Below the pieces are notes generated by a model. The model saw nothing but the letters and a program-made list of their open reading frames with translations, was not told the origin of the DNA and searched no databases. The translations under genes were made by a program, and so were the position numbers. DNA of 64,000 bases, taken from Podarcis pityusensis (Eukaryota). Shown here piece after piece: positions 11,037 to 22,846 of the stretch (position 1 is the first letter of the stretch; the number at the start of each line of letters is the position of its first letter). The DNA lies in the NCBI GenBank assembly GCA_964106645.2, contig OZ067049.1. One strand, given 5' to 3'.

Positions 11037-11129
11037 CTCATAGTCGCTCTCCAGAAATTCATGCAGGACCATTTCATAGATAAAAGGCTTCAGGACCGAA
11101 TCCCGTCTTGGCAAATAGCGGCTAATCGC
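11037..11129 (-). CDS. VPS41: VPS41 exon 17 equivalent, AISRYLPRRDSVLKPFIYEMVLHEFLESDYE
   Basis: 93 nt, tag/gtacca. Confidence 0.95.
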
Positions 11130-13419
11130 CTATGAGAGGAAACGGAACAAAAGAGGCTCAAATCTTGCATTTGAGAGAGAACAAAATTTTGTGAGTGCGT
11201 GTGTGACTCCTCAAATTGCTATGGAAAACTAGAATGCGGTAAAATGCTACCAGCATCAAGACATTCTGAGAGCGTTCTCAACAGAAGTAGTGAAAAATTA
11301 TACCGGTGGCAATTTTGAAAGAGCTGTGCAATAAAATTTATCCCAATTGGTCCAAAGAACACCTAACACATTCAGATAAATGGGGTTGCATTTAAATAGG
11401 GGGGAGGAAAAGAGGGTAGGCTTGACTGAAGTCCTAAGGCGTTTTGGGTTTCTTCCTTAAGGAAACTGAGCTCTTCTCTAGTAAGGGAAGCGATTATACT
11501 GGAGAACAAACCTAGAAAAGGGCACATGACTCCCTGTTTCCATGCCTATGAATGGTCCCTTGTACAGTTGCTGGGGAGGGATTTTGGCCGGGGGGAAAAG
11601 TGATGCTTAAGAGGGTAATAGAAAGCAAATAGTATCTTTTGTGCAAAACTGAGCCCAACTATATTCTGACACAAAATGCATTTCCAAAGCAGCACGGAAG
11701 GGGTCAATAACTAGATATAACTCTTTATTTCAGGGCCTTTTAAGTGATCCAAGTAAAAAAAAAAAGTTAGCAGCAGGAGCAAACTAACTTGCAGCCCAGA
11801 CACATTTTGAGGACCCTGTTATGTGATTAAGATGGATGCACATGACAGATCCTAGTACTTGTTGACTATGTCACCACGGAACCATAGTGGCTCAAGGTAG
11901 ATTAGAATCACCGCAAGAGGGATAAGAGCAGCAGATGTTAACATTGCAGCTTACAAGAGAGGAGCTTTATTGCACAGCATCTCCTGTCTTTCTGTGATCT
12001 GCTTTCAGAAAGGTGAAAACAACCACCTGTTTAGAAAGGCAGTAATTTAACAGAGAGGCTTTTTGGAAAGCCTGCGAATATTTTCTAAATTTTACAGTCT
12101 GCTGGATGGCATAAGTGGAGACATCTGCTCAAGACATTCACATCCAGGCAGGAAATAAATTCAGGAGGGAGTGGTGATGGTGAAAGCAGCACATCACAAT
12201 TTTACCTATACACATTCTGAAGACCCTTACTGAAGTGAAATAGAGGCAAACGGACTTGAGAGGTGGCAATGTACACACCAAACCTCTAAAAACCCGCAAG
12301 TAGTGCTGTTGTTTCCCCCTCTATCTTTAATTCCATAGGAAGGCAGATGCTACAAGACAAGCCGCAATGTTGCAACACCTTCACACTCCTGAACAGAATT
12401 TAACAGCTCAAAAAGCAGCAAGGGGCCACCTGCTGCGAGATCTTAATAATATGCCCCTTTTGGCTCATCGACTTTGAATAGGAAAGCATAAAACTCAGAA
12501 AGAAAATGTGTATATGTTATTAAAGGGCATGTGCATAAATGCTTTCTACTGCTCTGGAAGTGACAGTCCTTTAGCTGTATGCCACGGGCAATTTATTAAC
12601 TTAAAAGCTTGCTAACAAACATGCTCCATTAGATTACTTGGTTTGCTATGCTAGCAAGGCACAGAAAGTGGCAGAATTCTTCCCTCTCCCTCCTATCTTT
12701 TGTAGTGCACAACAGAACAGCCATCTGTTTGCCTGAAACATAATTATTTCTTGGTGCTGTTACTAATGAGTCAAAAGAAGTGAGTCACAAGGTCACAGAG
12801 ACCGTCTCTGCTCTCTTCTTCCAAGCAGGGGCTTTTGTGAACAAATACAACTCTGAGGAAGGAAAAGGGGTACACTTCAACCTGGGAGGGGGTGCGGTTT
12901 GGCTGTTAGTCACTACTACTAACATGTAACATATTGTACAAGATCCGGAAAACTGTGCATCTTGCTGCATTTTAAACTTCAGGAACAGTTTGCAGCATAT
13001 TGTGCCAAGCTTTCCATGTGGCAACGAATACCAATCTGTTACGTTTTGGAATCAAAAGTTACATGATGCTATTTCTTAACTCTGCTCACACACTCACCTA
13101 GGAAGGGATTTTGTATACATGATGGAGGACTATGCAGATACACACAAACCTCCCATGTGGGCAAGGTAACATGTGGCACATGTACTAGGAATGTGAACCT
13201 TCTTTCATGGAAAACGGGGTGGGGGAAAATGTGGAAAAGCCTATATTCCGATGTTGTAAAAGGGTATAATGCTCACACTAGCCAGACATTAGCTTATACA
13301 CATGGTGAAGAAGTGCGTTCAGTCACACTTCACCACATGCATATAATCCTGGCACGTGGCTCTATGAACTGACATAACCAGCCAGAGAAATTCCTCAAAA
13401 AATATATGACTCTACATAC

Positions 13420-13501
13420 CTTAAGTTGTCCAATTTCTTTAAACCTGTGCACCTCAAATTCCCAGAGATCTGTGTTCTTGCCAAGTATTTTCTGGCATTT
13501 T
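13420..13501 (-). CDS. VPS41: VPS41 exon 16 equivalent, (R)KCQKILGKNTDLWEFEVHRFKEIGQLK
   Basis: 82 nt, cag/gtatgt; contained in ORF 13330..13530(-). Confidence 0.96.
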
Positions 13502-14032
13502 CTGGTATATAGAAGGGAGAAGAGGCTCATAAATCAGGTTGCCATTTCTAAAGCATCTTCCATCTATGCACAGCAGCACCATTTGTGTAACAACCTCCAA
13601 GTTATTTGGGATCCTTTATTGTATTGCTTCTAATTCTGGCTTAGGTCACTGTTCGGAACATAAAGTCGGTGACCATAATCCAGAGCCCAACATGCACAAG
13701 GGATCCTGCAGCCTGCTGAAAGTACACGGAGCTCCAACAATTCTTGGACACTTAACCTCAGAACCATTCAGCACAAGGAGGGAGCCCAAAGAGCAAAAAC
13801 AAAACAAACTGGGGGAGCCCACCTAAGTAGGAGGTTATGTGCATTAAACCTCAGTCATTGTCACCTACATCAAAAGCATACTAACATTCATCTGGGTAAG
13901 CAAACATGCAACGTTTCAGAATAATCCAGATAATATTACCAGCCATGTGTACAGCTTGCACACACAAACAGTGCACACAATCACAGAGGTGCACACAATT
14001 GTACCCCAATGCATTCAAGCTAAACATATTAC

Positions 14033-14094
14033 CGTGCTGCCAGGTCATACTCTCCAATTTCCATCAGATGGTTTATGTAGGCCAAACCTATATC
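14033..14094 (-). CDS. VPS41: VPS41 exon 15 equivalent, DIGLAYINHLMEIGEYDLAA(R)
   Basis: 62 nt, cag/gtaata, ends in phase 2. Confidence 0.95.
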
Positions 14095-14435
14095 CTGGGG
14101 TGAAAATAAAATACAATTAGTTAAAAGTACATCTAAGAATTGCACACATCCTTCCACAGCCAAGTGTCTGGCATTTGTATTCAAGTGACTTGTTAGATCA
14201 AATACCAGGATGTATTTTTTCAGGGTTTCTAATTCCTCGGTAACAAATATGCTTATTTGTGTATGATCAAAGGGCTTACTATAAAGAGCATTTAAAAGAA
14301 TTTTAAATTTACAGGTTTTAAATATAGGCGCAAATCGGATGATATTCTTCTTGGTCTTGTTTCTATTATCTTCCTGTCCCTCCCAGCTCTTGGGTAATAA
14401 TTCTCCTGTGTTGGAAAGTGACTCAGAAGAAAGAG

Positions 14436-14436
<1 letters not shown>

Positions 14437-14484
<48 letters not shown>
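14437..14484. repeat. (GAAA)n microsatellite
   Basis: Visible in sequence. Confidence 0.95.
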
Positions 14485-14486
<2 letters not shown>

Positions 14487-15660
14487 CTTGCAGAGGTGTA
14501 GGGCATTAATAGAGAGGATCAGTCCACACCAGCCTTTCACAAAGTTGCTGGACTACAACTCCCATCATTCCTAGGTAGCAGGACCAGTGGTCAGGGATGG
14601 TGGGGACTCAAGGTTGAGAAAGGCTGGTCTAAACCATGAAGTGTTATTGTTCATGAATGCTTATATAACAGGGATGTGAAAAATGTGGTCCCCCAGGTGT
14701 GACTGGGCTCCACATGCCATGATCTCCAGGCTCCATGACCAGGGATGAGGGAAGTTGGCGCAACCACATCTGCAGGGCCACAGGTTCCTTGCTGTTGGTT
14801 ACTAAGATAACATTCCATTCTGCTTTCTGAACCGTCTTAAATCAGGAGAAGTCGATGTAATCTAGTACTGTCTGGAGGAAACCACAACATCTGGACAGCA
14901 TTCCCTGTCCAGCATCTGATCATATTGGACTAAATGCCGCTATTCCTCCTCTGGATAATCATTACTATTTATTAAATTTCTATACCAATATCATTTTCCA
15001 TTTTACTAGTTTGCAACTTTCTAGCATGCTTAGAAAAATGTTTTTGCTCTTAACACACTACTTCACATTTCTGCAGCATGATACGTTTACACAGGAAAAG
15101 GGTGGGTGGAGGGAACAAACATCCAGGGCGTTAAAAGTAGTGCAAACTGGGATTCTTGTTTTAAAAACAACAACAACAGTATCTCTGTTCCAGTATTTGC
15201 TTCACTGAAAGTCTGAGAAACATTTAACTTTAACTTATAATGGGGAAAAACATCAAATACAAATATAAGCACAGAAATTACGGCAGCCTTGTGAATATGG
15301 AATGCATGGGACCCTGAATGCCCAGAGCTCTGATCATGAAGTTGAGGCGGGCAAAAGGTAGCGAACAGCAGCCAAAACTCTCTCTCATTCTCTCTCTCAA
15401 TCCCAGAGGAAAAGCTAAAAGAGTTACAAGGCTCAAAGCAAAATCCTGACATAGAAACTAATTTCACACACAGAACAGACCACATTGGCCAAGTGGTGAA
15501 GTTTTCGTTTCTGTTTCATTTGCATAGGCTTAGAAGCATGTTCTTCTTTGTGACCCTGGGACTGAGTCACGCACTCCATAGCCAAACTCCGCTTGGGATG
15601 TCCTTATGTTTAGAGTGGCAAATTAAACTGGCTGAGTGTGTCACTAAGATAAACAGTGTA

Positions 15661-15902
15661 CAGTGGTACCTCGGGTTAAGTACTTAATTCGTTCCGGAGG
15701 TCCGTTCTTAACCTGAAACTGTTCTTAACCTGAAGCACCACTTTAGCTAATGGAGCCTCCTGCTGCTGCCACACTGCCGGAGCACAATTTCTGTTCTCAT
15801 CCTGAAGCAAAGTTCTTAACCCGAGGTACTATTTCTGGGTTAGAGGAGTCTGTAACCTGAAGCGTATGTAACCTGAAGCGTATGTAACCCGAGGTACCAC
15901 TG
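15661..15902. mobile_element. Tc1/mariner (Tigger/pogo-type) MITE
   Basis: Perfect TIR cagtggtacctcgggtta / taacccgaggtaccactg, TA TSD on both sides, internal 16-bp duplication. Confidence 0.9.
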
Positions 15903-16288
15903 TATGTAATAAGGTTGACTGGGCAGTGACTATGATCTGTTCCTGGGCCAAACCAGGTGTTATGACAAACAGCAATAATGTGTCTAGATTCACCCTCTCC
16001 CACCATGACATATGCAATTTATCTGCATTCCAATACTGGTACTTGTCTACCACAGCCCCACACCCCAGAGGGAAGAGAAACGTGGGGCACTTTGACATCA
16101 GGGGGCAAGTTAAGTGTTACTAGATGTTACAAATGGAAGGGGGGGGGATGAGACACAAAACACCCATACATGCAACCTTGGGCCTCGCTTAGCGCAGAGA
16201 GAAACTATTAATTTATTTCTGAAAGGTCAGGAGCCTTTTGTGTTCCTTCTTTTTCTTAAAAGAATTCAAATCCAGTTTGCAGACTTAC

Positions 16289-16345
16289 CTGAATCTTGTG
16301 TTTTTTCATGGTCTTCTGACTGATCTCAGCTGCCATCAAAGCCTC
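16289..16345 (-). CDS. VPS41: VPS41 exon 14 equivalent, EALMAAEISQKTMKKHKIQ
   Basis: 57 nt, tag/gtaagt. Confidence 0.95.
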
Positions 16346-16924
16346 CTATATAAATACAAGCAAGATGACACCCGGGTCAAGTATTCAAAACTTCTGCAGA
16401 GAAATCTGGAAAACTGCGGCTTTTGTTTCTTGTGCCTTGTGTTTGAAAGCACTAGAACGTTTAATGTCATGGTCGAATGAACAGCTTTGAATTCATACTC
16501 AACCAAAAGCAATTGTTAAAAAGAAAGGGGGGGGGGAATCTTGGGTTCCATCTGGGTTCACTCCACATTAGTGCATCAAGATCAAATTTCGGGAGGACGG
16601 CACCATATGAGGTACAATCACAGGAGTTCATTTTCCAGCAAAAAAGCCTCTGCTGTAAAGACACCTGTCAAAAAGAGTACCTTGATTTGTTTTCTGAGTG
16701 CTCAACTAAAAGACAAAGAATAAATCCACCACTAGTAAGGGAATGATTTTTCATTAAGTTTAATTTGTGGCTTATCCACTGAGCTGGCATCTCCTGTGTG
16801 CAGAAATAGAGCTACCTTCTTGCTACCCAAAATGAAAAGTGAAAGCTTAATGTGGGTTACAACACAAGCTATTCCCTGACTATTAAACAAAGGGCTTTCT
16901 GTGGAATATGCCTGAAAGCCTTTC

Positions 16925-17007
16925 ATAGAATCATAGAGTTGGAAGAGACCACAAGGGCCATCGAGTCCAACCCCCTGCCAAGCAGGAAACACCATCAGAG
17001 CACTCCT
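16925..17007 (-). mobile_element. CR1 LINE extreme 3' end
   Basis: Reverse complement of the CR1 tail at 30700-30780 (catagaatcatagagttggaagagaccacaaggg). Confidence 0.85.
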
Positions 17008-18390
17008 TTCCAATCCAATGAAACAGTGCTTCCTGCATAATGACGTTCAACCTGGACCAACCTGCATATACGCCTTGGGAAGAATTAACCCACTTGAACG
17101 TTTTCAGAGTGAAACGCAAATGAGACTATAAGAAACCGGGAACAGAAGCATGTGCTTGATCCCTTTATTTACTTGTACTGTAGTTATTCACAGCATAAGA
17201 GAGTTCACAGACTTCGTAACAAAAACCTGTGTTAGAAACTACCACGTTTTCCTGGGGAACCCAGTCTTAAAGGCAACTGAATACTTAAATGTTGCATAAA
17301 GTGTTTATCACATATATTTTTCAGGTTCCTTTCCTTTGATAAATGTAAAGCCTAACAGATAGCTTGATGAGCCCCAACAACTCCTAATGAACAAGCTGGA
17401 ATTCTGAGCGAAAAGTGCTGTATTATGCAGCCAAATAAACTTAAGAGGATTAGAAACTGGAAAAAAAAGTATGCAAAATCAGTAAATTAAGTTTAATTTT
17501 CATACTTCATTTTGACTGCTTGCAACCACTGCATCAGCAGTTTCCGACAACTGTTAAGCCTTAGACCAGGGTATACAATCTTTTTCCCCGTTGGGGCCTG
17601 ATGGGTGGAGCCAGAAGCAAAAGTGTTCTGGATGAACTAAACTGGAACAGAGATCACCCTGCCTCAATTTCCACCATGGTTATCTCAAATCAGAACTCCT
17701 AATCCAATGCAGGTCTATTTAGAAGTAAGTCGCACTGGGTTTAATGGGGTCAGTCTCATGTATATAGAGGATTTCTCTAGGACAACAGACTATTGGTCTG
17801 TTCTGATAAGCAAGTGAAGTAATTCCCAAATAACTCCACTCTGATTTTAGTCTCTCTCTCTCTTTTTCTCTCTCTCTCTCACATACACACACAGGGAGAG
17901 AGAGAGAGAGAAATTCTCCAGTCATACATCTGGTGGACAGTTTTCTTCTTTTAAAGCAAGTAACCTATATATTTTTAAGGAAATGCTGCTAATTCGAATT
18001 GTTGTGAAACACCACAGAGGGAGGGGGGAACACTTTAGAGGGCAGGGGAAAAAATAAAGAGGACACAAATAGTACAATTCAGGAATAAACAGATGCTGTT
18101 CTCACATATGTTGCTTATGGTGCAATCATATACATGTCTGCTTATAAATATGTCCTACTGAATTCAATGGGACAAACTCCTAGCCTACAACACTATGGCA
18201 AATGCAATGAGCTGTGGATGGATAAGGCACCATCCTGTCACCTAAACCTGTTGGGTTTTTCGAAGTAACACAGGCATAATTCCTGTAAAAAAACCTATAT
18301 TTAAGAAGTCATAAAACAGAAAACAAGACATTCAGCAAGGCCTACTCATTGACACTGACAAGAATTTAAAGAGAAAAGTGCAAAAGTTAC

Positions 18391-18506
18391 TTCGTATTTC
18401 TTCTTTTCCAAGAGCCATTCAATATGGTCATCCTGGTCACGTTCTTTGGCCACAACAACATCTCTTGGACTGATGATATAAAACAGTGATTCACCCTCTG
18501 AATATT
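18391..18506 (-). CDS. VPS41: VPS41 exon 13 equivalent, (E)YSEGESLFYIISPRDVVVAKERDQDDHIEWLLEKKKYE
   Basis: 116 nt, cag/gtaact; contained in ORF 18346..18537(-). Confidence 0.97.
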
Positions 18507-19047
18507 CTGCAAAAGACACAGGAACAATTTTACCCATTTCACCACTTAGTAAAAGCTTTGACCTCTTTGAAAGCAGGTGTTCTGGATGCCTTTTGCTTGA
18601 GTAAATTAATGTTGCATCTCAGTATTTCTTAAATTCACCCATGTGCATTACCCAAAATAAACCCAGCAACAACCCCCTAAATGAAACAAACAGAAAGCAC
18701 TCATTGACAATGGACCTCTGCAAACACTCGCTGCTCTCTCTTAAGGGACTTGTTAAGAGATCAGGAACAAATGTACTGGTCCATTAGAAGAACTAAGAAT
18801 ACATGGGATCAGTTTCAGAGTACTGCCACACGACCAATTCCAAGGCTCTTGCTGAAATCATCCACGATAAACACTGTAACATTTAGACGTGCCGACCCTG
18901 ACAACCGGAGCAATGCTCTAATTCCACTCTTAGCTCCTTGTGCTTCACAGAACAATGGCTTAACCATAATGGAATCCTGGAGCTGAATGCAAATTGACAA
19001 TCAAAATAACATATAAAATAATGGCCAGACTACTGCAAATTTCTCAC

Positions 19048-19177
19048 CCAAACAATAATCACGGCATTCATTTTCTTGGAAGCGCCTCACAGTTAGAGCA
19101 TCGGAGGAGATTTCTTCACAAGATTCAGGAAATGGCTGGATTATATCCAGCCTAGGTCTGGAACAACACTCCTTTTC
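19048..19177 (-). CDS. VPS41: VPS41 exon 12 equivalent, EKECCSRPRLDIIQPFPESCEEISSDALTVRRFQENECRDYCL
   Basis: 130 nt, cag/gtgaga; contained in ORF 19001..19213(-). Confidence 0.96.
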
Positions 19178-22017
19178 CTGGGGGAAAGAAAACCACACAC
19201 TGCACTGAAGCACACAACCTGTTGATGCTTTCTAATATACCTGAAAAGATCATCTGAACTGTATCCTTTTGCAACCAAGTTATTTTCTGCTTAAGCAGCC
19301 AATGGAAACCCCCCCGTTAGAATTGCCTTCTACTGTGTCAGCCAAATAGCTCCCATTTAGCCAAGTGCTGCCTTCACTTTGACTGGCAGCATTTTCCCAG
19401 GGTCTCAAGAAGATGTCTTGCGCTGCTCCCTAAAAAGCCTTTTGCCTGATGTGTGCAATAATGGCGCAGGGGGAGCAATTCATTGGGATGAAAGTTTATG
19501 CTAGGAGTCAGATGAGAAGCCCCAGGGGTTTCCAACTGCTCATCTGGATTCCCTATTGCCAACACTTAATATAGCCACAGAAATATCACTTGTGTTGTAA
19601 CAAGGTTGGCTGTCTTGATTATTGTCAGCGGACCTACTGCTATATAGTTTTGAATAACCTGGCATCTGGTGAAAAACAAGAGAAAATAATGGTCCTTAGT
19701 AACTGGAAATCCATCTCATGCCTTTGTGACGTTACAACTTCCAGATAGTGGAAAAGACAGAGGAACAATTTGGTGCTAGTTGGGTAGAGAGATTATCAGA
19801 CTGAGCTGGGAACTAAATAGGAGTTAGCTAAACTGGAAACAGCCATAGCGGAGCTACAGAGGCTCATAAATGTCATTCTATGGCAATGTGATCCAGGATT
19901 AGCTGTTGTGTTCTATCTGCCTGCTCCCCAAATGTTCTGCTTGCATATTTGCACATCTGGTTGTTCAAAAACACGTCTCTAGCACTCTCTCATTATAAGG
20001 AAATGGACTCTGTAACGATCCTCTGAACTTTATAAATCTCAAGAAAGTCCTTTTTGTAACAACATCAATACCGCCACCAGCACATATATTCAAACAACAA
20101 AATCTTCTCATCCTTGTGATGGAATGAGTGAATTTTTACTCCTTTGACTGCCTATATTTGTAATACATGGCAGAATCTGGTTACAATAATGTATTTGTTG
20201 TTAAAATACATTATCGTAACCAGAACAAATTTATTGGGCCAGATTCTGATGATATATGCAATCTGCTGGCTTACACAAAAAAAACTTAAATCAGGCAGAA
20301 TGGAAAGCCAAACTTTAATTGGTAGGATTTCTTTACACATAAGTCTACGATATACAAAGTGCAATGTTGGCTACAAATGATCACAAATGTCTCCATTCTG
20401 CAGTTGGATTCATAATATCATTGGAATGTGAGCAGAATGCCTATTAAACTTGAAATTTTCAAAGAACTGCACTAAATCATGAAGATCTTTATATAAGCCA
20501 TTTCCCTTTACTTAAAACTATGTTAAAGATTGAGAATTCCCAAAATCTGTCTCTTTAAACACCACAAATAGCAGCTGCTTCACACATTACACAAATACTG
20601 CATTTTCCCATCTTGCGCAAATGTGATGAGCAACGCTGGCTTGCTAGCCAATATATGTCCTATGGTTGAAATACTGTGATACTGGTTTTTTCAGTTTATA
20701 CATAAAAAGTTTCAGCTGTGCATGTTCAAGGTTAAAAAGTTTTTTTTTTTTAAAATCTAACATCCATGAAGGAGCAGCAAGCAGGTGATAGGTGGTATGT
20801 GTTCATGATAATTTCCCCTTGTGAATTCTCAAATAATCCCCAACACGGTTTCATTCTTCCCATGTTGTTGCCAAACACCTGCCATTACAAGCTCATAGAG
20901 ATCTCCTAAGTTGCTATCTAGGGCATATCAGTGCTTTGAAAAATGAACCTCTACCCTGTCAGCTTTTTGACAAAGCAGGGGTAAACTTTGAATGGCCAGA
21001 TTTCTTTATCCTGACTCATTAGTATTACTAATTGCCTCCTACCAGCCCCTCATTTCCCAGCATCCCCTCCTCCTTCCTAAGGTCACTCGGTTTTCTTTGA
21101 CTCACTCATAGAGAGGAACTACAGTATTAGCTCTCTGGGGAGAAGCTGCACAAGCACCTTTGTTCCTTTCCTTTAAAATAATAAATAATAATAATCTGGC
21201 TGTCCTGCAAGAGGGCTAGACGCTGACCCTATTGATTTCAATAGACTTGAGCGTTACCATGAGCCAACGGCATTTCATTGCCTAGCAACAGTGTGCACCC
21301 CATTGCTCAAGGTTACTATAGCAATGGCTGTCTAATGCCAGCTTGCTATCAAAGGGATGATCAAGAGCATCTGCCCCTCTTAATGCTGTAACTTCAAGGG
21401 TTTCTCCTCTTCCTTCCCGTCCTCTCTTTCATTTTGTATTGTTAAACTAATGCGTCGTGAAGACTCTGGAGATTCACTCTTGAGAAGAGCTGGTGATCCA
21501 ATATATCCTTTGTCTAGCCGGACACATATAACGGAGGCAACGGGACCAAACAGCTGCTCTCCTCACATCGCTCACAGCGACACGAGTGACCTGCAGCCAA
21601 TCATCTTTACAGGCTTTATTTAAGAGCATGGGCAATGTCAAGGCGGCACTCTGCAATTTAGCTTTAATTCCTGTTCATACACGTGCCAAAAGATTAAAGA
21701 TTTAAAACAAACACGGAGGAATGAACAACTTCTGGCTCTTCAGCATTCTATCCGTTGTTTGCTATGAGATGGGCAAAACACCTCCCTCCCCCCCAAAAAA
21801 CATGACTTTAGCCGCTTTAAGTGTGAAGAGTTTATGGTACCGCAAAAGCTAAAACTGCAGCCCAACCTGGAAAATGGACATTCTATACAAGATCTCAAAG
21901 TAGCTGTCTTATTACAAAAGAATTTCAGAAATAGACTGGAAAGAGAAGTTGCTGAATTGCAACTTATTACCAAACTTAAAACCACAGAGAGATCTGGTCT
22001 GAATAGAGACATTGGAT

Positions 22018-22019
<2 letters not shown>

Positions 22020-22062
<43 letters not shown>

Positions 22063-22150
22063 TATTTATACCTCGCCCATCTGGCTGGGCTTCCCCAGCC
22101 ACTCTGGGTGGCTTCCAACCAAATATTAAAATACAGTAATGCATCAAACA
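22020..22150 (-). mobile_element. L2 family B 3' tail with (AAT)n, nested in the PLE
   Basis: cgcccatctggctgggcttccccagccactctgggtggcttcc is the reverse complement of the 7730-7775 tail. Confidence 0.85.
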
Positions 22151-22333
22151 TGATAAAGCTATTTTTAGCCATCTCATCCCTTGCTTTTTCTTGCAAGACC
22201 AATTGCGGTCATTAACAGTCGTCAACAGGTTTACCACACCTATCAGCCAATCACCCATTCCCACCACCCTTCTGAGTAATACCCATCCCCACCCTCTCAC
22301 TATATATAAAGATCTGGTGACTTCTGTTTCAGT

Positions 22334-22371
22334 GTATCTGAAGAAGTGTGCATGCACAAGAAAGCTCATGC
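22334..22371 (+). ncRNA. Second PLE hammerhead-like motif
   Basis: gtat-CTGAAGA-a-gtgtg(catg)cacaa-GAAA-gc-TC-atgc. Confidence 0.55.
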
Positions 22372-22748
22372 CAACAACAAACTTAGTTGGTCTCTAAGGT
22401 GCTACTGGAAGGATTTTTTTTATTTTATCTGGAAAATGAAGTAGCAGCAAGTCTGTCGCCCAACTTAAATCCCTTCGGTTACTACTAGCTCTTTTCCCCC
22501 CAACATGGTACCGTCATGGTATTTTGGACACGTTTCTATTAGCCTTGGCCCCCGTATTTCCTAGTGGTGAGAGCTATAAGTCTGGAATTTTCTATGAACT
22601 TCCCTCAAGGGTGAGTCCCACTGGGCACATTGGGGCCAACTAACAAACAGGTGTGGAACACTGCTCTCTGAGTGCTTAAGAACCTTATGCCTGGCTCACA
22701 ACTTTTTTGTGTGTCTATTTGGAAGTTTGCTTGCAGAAAAATACTTAC

Positions 22749-22846
22749 AGTTTTCTCTGAAATCTCCTTTACATATGAAAGTATGACAAGCTGGTCACAG
22801 AGAGGTGCAATTCCACTGATGTAAAATTCAGTGTTGAACTGGGAAA
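22749..22846 (-). CDS. VPS41: VPS41 exon 11 equivalent, (V)SQFNTEFYISGIAPLCDQLVILSYVKEISEKT
   Basis: 98 nt, tag/gtaagt; 67+98 nt restores the frame. Confidence 0.96.

Larger units (their letters stand above)
21877..22428 (+). mobile_element. 5'-truncated Penelope-like element (GIY-YIG C-terminus plus pLTR), interrupted by an L2 tail
   Basis: 10-bp TSD ctggaaaatg (21867-21876 / 22429-22438); peptide HSIQDLKVAVLLQKNFRNRLEREVAELQLITKLKT..GLNRDIGF typical of the PLE endonuclease end; hammerhead motif in the 3' repeat. Confidence 0.85.

Noticed and set aside
21740-22369. Longest ORF in the track (209 aa, minus strand)
   Set aside because: Antisense read-through of the Penelope and L2 repeats; the poly-Leu comes from the (AAT)n microsatellite.
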